Shown here: piece by piece, positions 10,541 through 22,574 of the stretch
Layout: each line of letters starts with the position of its first letter
Numbering within the stretch: the stretch's first letter is position 1
Source: Neoconidiobolus thromboides FSU 785
Lineage: Eukaryota > Fungi > Entomophthoromycota
NCBI GenBank assembly: GCA_025603075.1
Contig: MU626332.1
Coordinates: forward strand, 1-64,000
Direction: 5' to 3'
DNA: 64,000 nt
Notes under the pieces: model-generated
What the model saw: only the letters and a program-made list of their open reading frames with translations
Told to the model about the DNA's origin: nothing
Database searches by the model: none
Made by a program: the position numbers and the translations under genes

Positions 10541-12901
10541 GTATACTGGTATACTGTTATTACAAAATTTCACAATAAGAATACCAAAATATATCATTGT
10601 TGTACTTTCTAATTAAAAATATTAACTTGTGTATTATAAAAGTTATTATAGAAAGTTTGTAAGATAAGATAAGTTTAAGCAATGTGTATAATAATTTTTT
10701 TTAAAAAGTTTATTATATTAATTATCAATAAATATATACGAAAGTTAATACCAATTAAAGTATACATTTTTGAAGTATAGTTAAAATTTTAAAGATGATA
10801 TAAGAGTTATTTACACCACTCTAATAAAATGCAAGATGCTTAATATGCTTAATATGCCTAATATATGAGTTTAATTCTTATATCTAGAAAGCCAAGCTGG
10901 TCTATAAATCTCAATATTTTGGGGTTATAAACTTTACCAATGTATCTTTCAATGCCTTTGAAACATGTACATAACATTATTCATTAAACTATCTATATTA
11001 ATGGAATTAGCTTGAGCACATTTCCACTATCTACAGTTTAACCAATAAAATTTACCTGACTCCACTTATTCAATTGATCTAAAACCAGCCTTAAAGGAAC
11101 ACAGTTAAAATCATAACTATTATGGTTTAAGAATATTATTAAAGTGGTATTTAATCAAAAGCAGTTGCTTACTCTGAAATAATAGATCAAATTAGAAATG
11201 AGTAAAGTGGGTAATTTTAATCAACACAATTTTAAATAGATATAAAAACTAGATGATAATATAAACGTTGGATTTGAACTATCTCGAAGGTTACTTATAA
11301 CAAATATGATTTGAAAAATTAAAATTAAGATATTGAAGTAGAATATTTTATTGAGGTTATATTATACTTATTCAACTTAAAAATATCAACCTAATTTAGC
11401 TCTTATCGCGCATGTTTCTAAAATTAGTACGGCTATTATGGTTCTTTTGTGAATCTTAAAAGCGCCTATTTGAAGATAAAATTTCTACTAAAATAAAACA
11501 ATCTACAAGGATTAGTGTATAACAAATTTATTGTATAAATAATTTAAGTATAAAAACCACTGCTAATTATTTTAAAAAAGAAGTGGAACAGCTGTACATT
11601 TTAAAGAATGAAATTTATAACTAAAGTATAAAAATATTAAAAATAAATTATAATTTGAATGGTGCATATCTAATTTACCCTTAGTATAATTTAATTATTC
11701 TACTCCATAATTTTTATTTAGGTAATTTTATCTATATTATAAAAAATGCGAATAATCAAACATATCATATAACTGTTATTTTTTATTTTTTATCAAATAT
11801 ATACTCTATTATTACATGATTGTTTTTTATACTAATAAGATTATTTGTAACCTTCTATAGCTCTGTATTTCCATTGAGATTATAATTCCACCACCTGCTT
11901 TTCAACTACTCTGTCTAATCCGTTTAATACCTGGTTTATTTTTATTATACCTTCGACAATTAAAAATTCTATAATACTATTATACTATCTAACCATTAAA
12001 TGTTCCCCATGTTCAACTCCAGTTTAATGGCCATTAAAAAATAAAATAATATAATTCAATACTCACAACAAACTTGTATATTCTTAATTTCACTAAACTA
12101 TAATCTGTCTTACTTTTTTTTTAAATTGTTACTCTCAGCTTCTTATTAAAACCATCAAAGCTATCGTTTGAGAATAAAAGTCGAATTAAAGGTGTTAATG
12201 CAGAAAAAAAGAAGGACCTGTGCTTAAAAATAAAAATTAATTTATATCTCAGGGACTTTGATTTATTATAGTGCCTTCTATTAAATTCATATTGAGCCTT
12301 TTTCAAACCTCAAAATAGTCATAGGTTTTCAAGTATTCTATAAGTGAAAAATGAGAAATGGGAAAAGCAAGTTGGGAGGAGAAAGAACAGAAAAGAATAA
12401 GGGGATAAACTTTAGATAAGAGGTGAAATTTTAACTCAAGGACTCCTGTTTTCGACTCGAAAAAACTATACGGGCAGCTTGATCTTTTTTATACGAGTTT
12501 GCCCACAAATAATACTATGTAGTATGGAACAAGAAGAAGGAAAACTTTATTGGTGTATAATTCGTGAACATGGGCGAACAACCTAACGAAGGCTTGAGAT
12601 TAGGGAAAGCTATGGCTTGTTTGATTTAAAAATGATGACATGAAGTTACAGTTGAAGGATTTCTCATAATATATACTTTTACCATTATCATTAAACACTT
12701 AATCAAAACTACCCTTGTGAAGATTCAAAAGAAGCCTTTGGTGGTATAACTTAAAAATAAATGATTAAAAAAAAATATATTATTAAAGAATTTATCCTAT
12801 CTTTATTTTATTTTTAGTTTAGTTTAACAAAGGCCTTGCCTTTGGTTTTTATTCTTTGTTATTAGACAATTAAATAAGTTATAGAGAAATATAAAAATTG
12901 A

Positions 12902-13591
12902 TTATGATAATAGATTTTCCATCCTAAGCTTATCATGTGATCCCTGGGTATTAGAGGAATTTGTTGCTGAAATATCACTAAACTCTGGTTTGTTATTTGG
13001 TGATATTGGTGGGAAACTCGAAGATGTTAAAACCGTTTGCCCTATACTGCTTTTAGCCCTTTCAACCATAAATTTCGATAAACTATTTAAAACCTTATTT
13101 GGCTGTCTATAAGCTTTGGAACTGCTGCGGAAACATTTTATATAAGAATAGTATTTGATGTTCTCTGATATATAAACTAAATCTTTAAAAGGATAGTTTG
13201 ATGGCATGGTTAAACTTTTAACGTCTTCTTCATAAAAATAGTTGACAATAGTGTAGCATTTAGAATCACCAGACTTTACTTTAATGGCCTTTTTTGTTAA
13301 CTTTCTTTGATTGATTAAAAAGTTTACGTTCATTCTATCTGAAGGACTGTCCAATATCTCCTGATAAATAAAGAATCCATTTTTAAGTTTAGAATTACTC
13401 CAGCACTTACCGTCTGTCCATCTTTTTATTCCAGACGAGTTTTCTTCGAATATCACTGTCTTACCATGAAATAATGTTGTTTTTTCATCCAGAGTTGGAC
13501 GCCTATCTAATAATTTAATTTGACCTAATCTTCCAGCTTCTGCGACTAAAAAAGAATCATAGACACTTTCGATATATCCTACAAATTCCAT
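12902..13591 (-). CDS. Gti1/Pac2 (WOPR) family transcription factor, intronless
   Basis: MEFVGYIESVYDSFLVAEA, IKRWTDGKCWSNS, GFFIYQE, LTKK and IVNY segments. Confidence 0.92.
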   Translation of the reverse strand: MEFVGYIESVYDSFLVAEAGRLGQIKLLDRRPTLDEKTTLFHGKTVIFEENSSGIKRWTDGKCWSNSKLKNGFFIYQEILDSPSDRMNVNFLINQRKLTKKAIKVKSGDSKCYTIVNYFYEEDVKSLTMPSNYPFKDLVYISENIKYYSYIKCFRSSSKAYRQPNKVLNSLSKFMVERAKSSIGQTVLTSSSFPPISPNNKPEFSDISATNSSNTQGSHDKLRMENLLS

Positions 13592-13647
13592 TACTAATTT
13601 AAAAGATTAAAATTTAATACTTTAAAATTGATCTGATGCCTATTTAT

Positions 13648-13789
13648 ATTCAAAAGATGTTCTATTTTTATAGATTATGTAAAAAATTAGTAAATTAAAA
13701 TTAAAATTGCTATAGCAATTCTATAATTGAATTTAAACTAAAGGACAATCTAGCCCTTAACAAATTATTTGTTAGAACATCTTTTGAAT
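13648..13789. repeat. Perfect 17-bp inverted repeat enclosing two further palindromes
   Basis: ATTCAAAAGATGTTCTA (13648-13664) pairs with TAGAACATCTTTTGAAT (13773-13789). AATTGCTATAGCAATT at 13705-13720; TAACAAAT-T-ATTTGTTA at 13758-13774. Confidence 0.85.
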
Positions 13790-14390
13790 CCATAAGTTAA
13801 TCTTATAGGTTAGAATTGGAAATTGGACAACTTAAAATATATTAAATGTAGAAACATTTAACCGGAATAAGTACAACCTAATACCAATTTAAGCAACAAT
13901 TCATATAAATTCAATTTATACGATTTATTTTGGGAATATCGATAATTTGGTTACTTAAGCTATATAGGTACTACTATTTAATCATTTCCACTATCCCCTT
14001 ACTGGTTAGCACTGTAAGTTAATGATTTCCATCAGCTGTTTCCAGAATTTATTTCTATTAATAACTTGATCACAAAAAGGAAATTGAAAAAGAATAACTT
14101 AAATAGCTATCGTAGTTAGAAATGAGTTTGTGTTACTTATAGACATTATCTTTTTATATATATTAGATTACTAGAAACATACCTGAGTAGTTCAAAATTT
14201 ACTACATTGTACTTGATTAGGTAAAAAATCATCTAAACAGGCTTAGGTTTTATCGGACTCTACTTAAATGATTTTCAATAGCGAAAATCCATATATAGTA
14301 TTGTCCGTGGTCCCCTGATCACATACAGACATTTATTAGGAGTTCTAAAACTGTTATTTAATAGTGGAAATAAATTCAAGGCATGATTAA

Positions 14391-14484
14391 GGATGTATTT
14401 TTACGTTCAAGAATTTTATTAACGCTTTTTCCACTTAAATAGCACTTAAGACAGAAAAAGTGATGAAACCATAAAAACATTTTC
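14391..14484 (+). mobile_element. Degenerate MITE copy
   Basis: GGATGTATTTTT...TTTTCCACTTAAATAGCACTTAAG...GATGAAACCATAAAAACAT. Confidence 0.75.
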
Positions 14485-14541
14485 AATTAATTAAGAAACA
14501 GAATATTAAATGAATTTTTTTAATTCACTTTAACAATATAT

Positions 14542-14636
14542 GGGGGTGTTTTTTGATTTCATCACTTTTTTCATCTCAAGTGCTATTTAAGTGGAAAAAG
14601 TGTTAGTAAAATCCTTGAACATAAAAATATATCCTC
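14542..14636 (-). mobile_element. MITE copy
   Basis: Full length; ATAT on both flanks. Confidence 0.9.
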
Positions 14637-15239
14637 ATATGGTGTATTCGGATTTTTTTATAAGTACTTTGATGCTTTTTAAAAACATTAAAATATAAAA
14701 TTACTTTGATTATCACGAAATAAGGCTATAATATTTACTTTCTTTTAAAATATCAGATATTTTTACTTTTTGTAACAAATTTCAATACATTCACATTACA
14801 AACCATAATATACAATCTGCCATCTATTCTTTTAAAATACTATATTGTTAAATATAGTATTTTATTAAACATCTTATAATTAAAGTAGGATATATGTAAA
14901 GTGTTGTAACTAAAGAGTAAGAAAAAAGAATCAAGCATAGCAACCGCTTTGTAAGAATATAGCTATAGCTTTATAAGCTTTTAAGTTCTTTTTTCAAAGT
15001 CAGATATGGAGTTTGAGAAAATAGTATAATCAAAAACAAGTAGCAGTATTGTCATTGGAGAATCTATACTGGTTAAACCAATATATTTACAGATTCAACA
15101 TAGATATGCTAAGTTATTAAGTAGCAAGTTGGTTTTTAACTAGTTTTCATTGCATAAAAAAGTCTTGGTATAAAAAGAGTGTTTTAACAATAACACTTTT
15201 TAGACCGATAATCTAAGTTTGATTCCTTTGCTTTATTAT

Positions 15240-15895
15240 TGTTTCTAAGAACGATAATAAAACTAACAAGTTTTAAACTTTGTTATGAATCAACAATAGA
15301 AAAATAGAACTAACTATATTAAAAGAACAGAACGATATGAAGACAGTAGTCAAGAGGTAAAAGCTTAGCATGGAATCTTTATCAGCATGTGTCATTATAC
15401 AATAATAAATTGCTGTAAAAACAGCAGGACAGACACAAAATGTATAGGATCCAACAATTTTTATTCTTTTAATAACTACTCTAATTGAAGTTTTTATTTT
15501 CTTATAGATAACTGTCATTCAAATAGTTAGTATAAACTAAACTATTGCTATTACTATAATTGTTTTACCCATTAGACATATTTTTCAAATTAATTACTGA
15601 AATATCTTTAAATATCTTCCTATTCCTTAAGATTATCCTACAATATCCCATAAAAATCATAACAACATTCATTAAAACGACAATCATTATAATATAATAG
15701 TATGTTTTATTAGTAGAGAATATATTTAATAAAGGCATGTAGGACACTTTAAATTCAATAAAAGTAAACTCGCTATAATAAGCAATAAACAATACAAATA
15801 TAAATGATACTATTATAATATTCCAATGAACCATAATGTGCATTTATGTTTTTTTCATGAATGGTAGCCAAACAATGCTTTAGTGATAATAAAGC
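15240..15895 (-). pseudogene. Truncated rhodopsin-like GPCR pseudogene (about TM4-TM7)
   Basis: ORFs 15565-15843 and 15273-15518 align with TM5-TM7 of the 35985 GPCR (GSYTFCVCPAV vs ACYVLFVLPSV; LLLIHNKV vs LLFLHNKV). They are separated by a stop and frameshift, and the 5' part is lost at a MITE. Confidence 0.75.
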
Positions 15896-15900
15896 TATAT

Positions 15901-15996
15901 GATAATGTATTTTTTAGTTTAAGAGTTTTACTAACAATCTTTCTGTTCAAATAGCGCTTAAAAATGGAAAAAGTGATGAAATTAAAAAAACACCCT
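15901..15996 (+). mobile_element. MITE copy
   Basis: ATAT on both flanks; left terminus degenerate. Confidence 0.85.
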
Positions 15997-16048
15997 ATAT
16001 GGTCACCTTAAGCTTTAGATTCGTCTGTTTAATGAAACGGTGCTATAT

Positions 16049-16141
16049 GGGACTGTTTTAGTTTCATTATTTTTCCATTTTTTAAGCGCTATTTGAACAG
16101 AAAGATTGCAGTAAAATTCTTAAACAAAAAAACACATCTCC
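16049..16141 (-). mobile_element. MITE copy, inverted partner of 15901-15996
   Basis: ATAT on both flanks; 52 bp from the preceding copy. Confidence 0.88.
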
Positions 16142-17463
16142 ATATATTTTAATTTAATCACATATTATATATAGCAGCTCAATATATGGGTTTAAATTTT
16201 ATATACTATTTTTATTATAATATCTTCACTTTTTTATAGCTTTAATAAATCTAATATAATAAATTAATTAATGAAACACCAATTGATCAAATAATTCATG
16301 AAATGAAAAATAACAAAAAGTAAAAAGTAGACTACTATCATATTTATAGCAACTTTGTTTTTCATTATGTATACCACATGTCACTTTATACCCTCTATAA
16401 AATATACCACTAATCTATTGCTCTTGTAATATCGAAGCAACAATTAAAAATGGTGTAGCTTAACCGTAGTAAAACTTAGAGTTAGTAAAATGATAGGAAA
16501 TAAAAAAGACTTGTTAGAAATAAGAAAATCAAAAATTTTAGTCGACTAATATGAAATTAAACCAAAAAGATATCAAGTTAATAAATATTCTTATATATAC
16601 AGCCTAATAACAAAACAAAGAAATAAAGCTATACAAGGCTAAGATATAAATACTTTCTTTCTTTTAGAATTTTGTTAATCCTTTAGGCCACTTAAATTTT
16701 AGAAGATAGTAATTCAGTTAAACAAACTAAAATATAATTAATATGCGTTGATGCTGACTTCAATATGTCATAGACAAATGGTCTGTGGGCTGCTATTCTC
16801 ATTTGAAATACATGAAAAGTTATATATATTAGAATATTAAAAGATGAATATAAAATCAAAGGATAATGACTTGTAAATTTATAAAGAACTTTGTTTTTTC
16901 AATGTTTTTAAAAGAATAGCTAATTAAAATCAAAGTATTATACATTCAAAAGTTATTATTTGTAATATTAGACTTTTTATGTAAAGGTTGAAAAAGTCTT
17001 GAACTTTCAAAATAGGAAGCATGGGCATATATTATTATAATTTTTATGACAAAATGATAAATATGAGCATAATAGTTAAATTCACAAAAAACAAATATGA
17101 AATTTACTATAATTTATCTTACTTTAAAATGACACTTTATTTTGATATCACTTTTATTCATTAATTAAATGCTAATATCTAAATATAGACAAAGCTATGT
17201 TAAAACGCATTAACATTTTAAAAATTATTTATACTAAACTGACTTTACTTTTTATAAATTGTATATTTCAATACTTAAAAACTTATAATATTTATTTTAT
17301 TGTTTAGTTTATGATTATTTAAATTATTTTGAACTAATAAAAAAAATGCTGGTATGATGCGAAAAAGTATTTAAGATAAGCAAAAAAACTAACATAATTA
17401 AGAACAAGAAGAATAAGTAATTAATTAAACAAGAAACTTTAAAAGTACATATATATATATAAA

Positions 17464-17982
17464 ATGAATTTTGCTTTTTTATTTTTTTATCTCTTATTCA
17501 TTTGTAAAATGACCACTGAAACTAATAATTCCGAGTTAAACTTTCCAAAATATAAATTAGCTGGTGACCCAGAAGGTGACAACTATCTTGAAAGAGAAGG
17601 CGGGAACATACCTGAGGATTATTACAAGACATTCAATAAATTATCCGATATCTTTAATCAAGCTAAAGGAGATGGTATTTCAGCCTGGAAAAAATTTGTA
17701 CTTGAGGAAGGAAAAGAAGTGAGCAAAGAGAAATTAGAAGAGTTTGCTAACAAGCAAAGAAATCCAAAAGCCATCAAGGAACTCCATCATCTTTTGGTAG
17801 AAGAACTTGACATTAAGATTGAAAAACAAAGCAAAGAGGAGCGTGAAAAAGAAGAAAAAGCAGAACAAGAAGCTGGAGATAACTTTGGGTTCTTTTTTGA
17901 TCCAAACTTCCAAGCTATGGCTTTATACGACCAATGTGATCAATTGATTAAAAATAAGTTTAATGTTAATGATGACGAATAA
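17464..17982 (+). CDS. Orphan protein A, intronless, paralogue of 19761-20294; start may be the second Met (MTTET)
   Basis: 172-aa ORF with coding-like composition that aligns by eye along its length with the 19761 ORF. Confidence 0.8.
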   Translation: MNFAFLFFYLLFICKMTTETNNSELNFPKYKLAGDPEGDNYLEREGGNIPEDYYKTFNKLSDIFNQAKGDGISAWKKFVLEEGKEVSKEKLEEFANKQRNPKAIKELHHLLVEELDIKIEKQSKEEREKEEKAEQEAGDNFGFFFDPNFQAMALYDQCDQLIKNKFNVNDDE

Positions 17983-18041
17983 GTATCCAGTTTGGATTTA
18001 ACCAAATTTTAGTATTAAATAAATTAATGTTTCTATTATAT

Positions 18042-18138
18042 GGGAGTGTTTTTTTTAACTTCATTACTTTTTCCATTTTTTAAGCACTGTTTAGCGGAAA
18101 AATTGTTAATAAAATTCTTAAACACAAAAATACATCCC
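18042..18138 (-). mobile_element. MITE copy
   Basis: ATAT on both flanks; 60 bp after the stop codon of orphan A. Confidence 0.9.
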
Positions 18139-18358
18139 ATATGTTCATTTTCTCATATTTTAAGCAATGATTTGGTTTAAATGAAAGATAATATGGGCTA
18201 ACAAGTGTATTCTGTAACATCGAACTTTATGTTCCATATTTGAATCTCATGATTTTAGTATAATAGTTTGAAAAGTTTATTTCGAACCTCTAATGCAGAT
18301 TATATAAAAATATATTACAGCTTTGACTACAATATAGTCATATGTAAATGAAACACAT

Positions 18359-18458
18359 GGGGATGTTCTTTTTGACTTCGTATCACCTTTTCTATTTTTA
18401 AGGACTACTTAAGTGGAAAAATTGTTAGTAAAATTCTTAAACACAAGAATAGATCCAC
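18359..18458 (-). mobile_element. MITE copy
   Basis: Full length and diverged; flanks ACAT and ATAT. Confidence 0.85.
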
Positions 18459-18559
18459 ATATACATAATATTTAAAACCCATAGGTTAATGTTTAATCAA
18501 ATATACAGTTGCCTAAATAAAACATTAAATAAATTAATATTTACATTATGAAGAACAAA

Positions 18560-18641
18560 GTCAATTTGGCCGAGCGGTCTAAGGCGTTGCACTTAAGATG
18601 CAATCTCGAGAGAGGCGTGGGTTCGAACCCCACAGTTGACA
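18560..18641 (+). tRNA. tRNA-Leu(UAA)
   Basis: Acceptor stem GTCAATT/AGTTGAC, anticodon arm TTGCA-CTTAAGA-TGCAA, long variable arm, GGTTCGAAC T-loop; 82 nt, no intron. Confidence 0.95.
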
Positions 18642-18744
18642 TTTGAACTGTTCTGTTTGGTTTACTTTTTTATCAGCTACTATTGTAATACCCTTCTAAA
18701 CATCATATTTCTATACTGACGTTTTTGAACTTTAATCATAAAGT

Positions 18745-18838
18745 GAGAATGTATTTTTTGTTTAAGAATTTACTAATAATCTTTCCACTCGAATAGCGCT
18801 TAAAAAATGGAAAGTAATGAAATCAAAAAAAACATCCC
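18745..18838 (+). mobile_element. MITE copy
   Basis: Matches consensus through AATAGCGCTTAAAAAATGGAAA...ACATCCC. Confidence 0.85.
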
Positions 18839-19096
18839 TAAATAGGAATTCTCATATTGTTTTAAGTTCTATCTTTGTGCTACAAAATCTTGCTATCCTT
18901 TATTATCTATTCTCTTTTTAAGCTTTTGATTACAACATTTAGCTTATTTCCTTCGGATGCTTAATGTATATTTCTGTTTTTTACATTAATCACTAAATGG
19001 TATTAACTTCAAATATACGGCTAAAAATGCTCAAGGATAAGATATAAGAATGAAAAAATAAGCGGATGTTAATAAAATAAAAATAAAATAACATAT

Positions 19097-19195
19097 GGGG
19101 ATGTATTTTTGTGTCTAATAATTTTATTAACAATTTTTCCACTTAAATAGCGCTTGAAAAATGGAAAAAATAATGAAGTCAAAAAAAACACTCCC
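19097..19195 (+). mobile_element. MITE copy
   Basis: Near consensus; ATAT on both flanks. Confidence 0.92.
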
Positions 19196-19760
19196 ATATA
19201 CTCAAAATCCAAAATTTAAAAAGGTTATCTATAGATATTTCTATTAAAACGTCCAAGTAATAAATACAACTAGTCTAATAATTAACGAATATAAAGTATA
19301 ATAGTAAGCAACATCCGAATTTGCAAGTATATACTAATAACTTAGATCATATAAAGGAAAAACTTAAATCATCAATTTATACCAAGCCATGTTATTTTGA
19401 AGTGGTTCTGATCTTTATAGATATTAAATTTCAATTGTGCAGTGGTTAACCGCTTATTCTAAAACAAAAATTTGAAAGTTGAGCCAATTTAGCAGAATTA
19501 CTAACTTAGTGATTATAAAAACTACCGCTAACCAGTGATAGATAAAAATTAATACCTGTATTAAATTTCAAATCTATTTGTAAAATAGAATTTAGGTCAC
19601 ACTTCACTTTAGAATAACCAATAAACCCGCATCAAAATAACAATAAGAAATTGAAATGGAAATATATAATTTGTACTTTTAATCTATAAAAGTTGGACTT
19701 AAATAACGAGATTAAGGATATATAAACAAAATAAATCCAACAAATAAATTCTTAATAAAA

Positions 19761-20294
19761 ATGGAAGAAGAAACATATCAGTATATTGCACCAAGGTTTA
19801 AAATGGAGGGAGATATAGTCAAAGATAAACCAGAAGGTTATTATCTACCAGAAGATGGTAACAAGTATGTTGAGATTGCAAAGAAAGAGATGCCTACAGA
19901 ATTTTTTGCTTTATATAACCAATTAGCAGATTTATTTACTAAGAGTGGAGCTGATGGAGTAATAAACTGGGTCAACTTTGTAAAAAAAAATGGATTGATT
20001 TTGGATGATAATAAATTTGAAGTTTTTTTGAAACAACAAAGTCACCCAAAACAAGTTCGTGAGCTTCATCAATTTATAACTAAAGAGATTAAAGAGTTCA
20101 AAATTGATCAAGTTGAATCAGGGGAGGATAATAAAGATATAGAACAGATGAAACAAGATACGGATCCCAATGACCATTTTAACTTCTTATTTAGCCCTGC
20201 TCTTTATGCTACTGTTTATTTTGAACAGTTCTCTAACCTTCTTGAAAAAAGATTTCATCCTCAAGGGAAAAGTATATCTGATCTATTAAATTAA
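19761..20294 (+). CDS. Orphan protein B, intronless, paralogue of 17464-17982
   Basis: 177-aa ORF with upstream TATATAAA and AAAAATG context; shares PxxKxxGD, NxLxDxF, DGxxxWxxFV, QxxPKxxxELH and DxFxFxFxP with orphan A. Confidence 0.85.
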   Translation: MEEETYQYIAPRFKMEGDIVKDKPEGYYLPEDGNKYVEIAKKEMPTEFFALYNQLADLFTKSGADGVINWVNFVKKNGLILDDNKFEVFLKQQSHPKQVRELHQFITKEIKEFKIDQVESGEDNKDIEQMKQDTDPNDHFNFLFSPALYATVYFEQFSNLLEKRFHPQGKSISDLLN

Positions 20295-22574
20295 TTTATC
20301 ATATATATATTCATTTTGCTAATGCTTTATTTATTTAATCTAAGTTAAATACCAAAGTTGACTTTATCTTAGTGTTTCTACTGCTATGGATTCCTAATTT
20401 TAACTGAACAGCTCAGCTAGTTTTTTTAGCGACTATGAGCAATCAAGTAGCTGCAGCTAATTTTTAGTGTAATTAAATAACTTTATAAATATTTTCTTCA
20501 TACATGTAAACTTATAAAGCTTTTGGCACATAATTTATGCGCTGAATACTACGATCCCAATGTAGTAATAGCTTTTTATAATATATAAATACAAAATGGT
20601 TTTAAGCCTTATCTCATCAATAGTCCCATTGCATTCAATTATAGTTTTAATTCCATTAGATCGTTAATAACTTAGATATACTTTATGATGTCAATTAGTC
20701 AGGTATCAATAATCCTTGAACTCTACGTCGCACTTGATAGCTACTCAAATTTAAACACAAATAAATTCGTGCAACTTTTAGAAGCTGGTATTTGAAAGCC
20801 TAGCCGAAATTTCAAAACAATTATCCGGGATAATTTAGCCTCAAATTTGTAAATTTATGTTACCAATTTATAAATTTAATAGAATAAACAAACGCATCTG
20901 TTCCACGGCTCTCTTGCGAACTAGATAACCGTCTATTTAAAAGTAAATTCCATGCTAAAATCCACATAAAATGTGAGGATTGACTATGAAAATCATCACT
21001 AGTTAGCTTGCAAAAAAGTTGCAGCAGTTGTATTTTCATAGTCAATGCTTAATTTCAGTTTTTGCAATAAATAAAAGATGAAAAATATTATTTTAATAGG
21101 TGTAAACTGTAAGCTTAGCACATTTGTAAAACGCTAATAATACCGACTTTTGAATTAAAAACAAGTTTACTTAGCATCCTTGCTTTAAGAGTTGAAAAGA
21201 ATCTAAAAATAGATACAGGCTAAAAACTATAAACAATTCAATTATAGCAACAAACAAAGTGATGTAATTTGGATAATTAGAAATCAAGGTAGAACTATAA
21301 TAAATGAATTTTACTTAATTACCTTTTATATCAACAGGCTTCTGATACTAAGTTTGTTAAAAATAGAAATATGCATATTTGTTATTTAACATGAGTTGAG
21401 ATATAGAACACTTGACTTGAAAATAGCAAGACCACATCGACTGGGGTGATCTTGTATAATATACTATTATATAGAATACATGGTATTATTTTTGTTATTA
21501 GATCTGTGTTTTTTAAGATGCTTTTTTTCAATGTATATATTTAAAATAAATAATAGTTTTAAACTAAACTCAAGGTAGTTAGTTATAATTTACAACTTTA
21601 ATGGTAAATTTACTCTCTTCAAATATGTGATGGTGCTATTTTTAAAAAAGCAACTTTATTAAATTTTTTACTCAATCTTTATTAAGCTTTTAATATTAAT
21701 TTTGAGAACAAATCACTAATTAATTAGGTAGAAAAAAAAGAGAAAGATTCTATCGTTTTATAAAATGAAAATAATCAATGTTTTATACTTATAGTTAAAT
21801 AAGTATTATATATACATATATATATTAATAATATAATTAAATCAATATTTAAGCCCAATCTTACTTTCTTAAAAAAGTATTGATGTTACTCCTTTTCCTT
21901 AAATCTTTCATTTATTTTTACGAGTTTTATTACTAAATAGAGTATCTTAGAAAGCAAAGATAGGTTTGAAAACTAATTGATTGACGGATAGTATAAATTA
22001 CTATTTAAACTAAAACAACTAGAATCTTTATTTCATTTTATTAATTATTTGTCATTAAGATTTCTTGTTATTATATAGTAGTATAATAAATGATTAATAT
22101 AGAAAGAGCGGAATATTAATGTCCAAAGATTAACCAATACTAATAAAAGGTTTCCTTTAAACACCCTTAAACATAATACGATGTATAGGCTGGATTTTAG
22201 CTTTAAGAATAACAGATGCTCATAACATTTATAATATCAATTATAAAACCTATTCTTGATTTTTAAGAAAAGATAATAAAATTATAGGGTAAACTTTCTA
22301 AAAATATATGCTCTTTTTATCCTTAAAATAAGTTATACCATGTCAAGTTAAGTTGCAGTAACAATTTTATTTTGGTTTAAAGATTAAACCACTTCAAAAT
22401 TTAACTGGTACAATAAATTCAAAATAATAGGTAGCATTACATTTAATAACTTAAACCTTATTGGCCCTTTGGAAAAATATGAATTTCTATCTCAATATAT
22501 AAATAACTTTTTCAAAATTAAATTTAATAAACTTTTAGTCCATTCCTAATTTTTTGTGTTAAAGTTGATTTATA

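Noticed and set aside
10325-10597. 90-aa minus-strand ORF
   Set aside because: Built around a MITE copy; no independent coding signal.
10860-11160. Possible LINE reverse-transcriptase relic (AGFR)
   Set aside because: Single short motif; neighbouring RT motifs not in the expected order.
12121-12720. GC-richer tract and 61-aa ORF as a retroelement remnant
   Set aside because: No terminal repeats or diagnostic motif identified.
18560-18641. Possible suppressor or recoding tRNA
   Set aside because: Anticodon is UAA (reads the Leu codon UUA) on a normal Leu body; the intact genes translate normally with the standard code.
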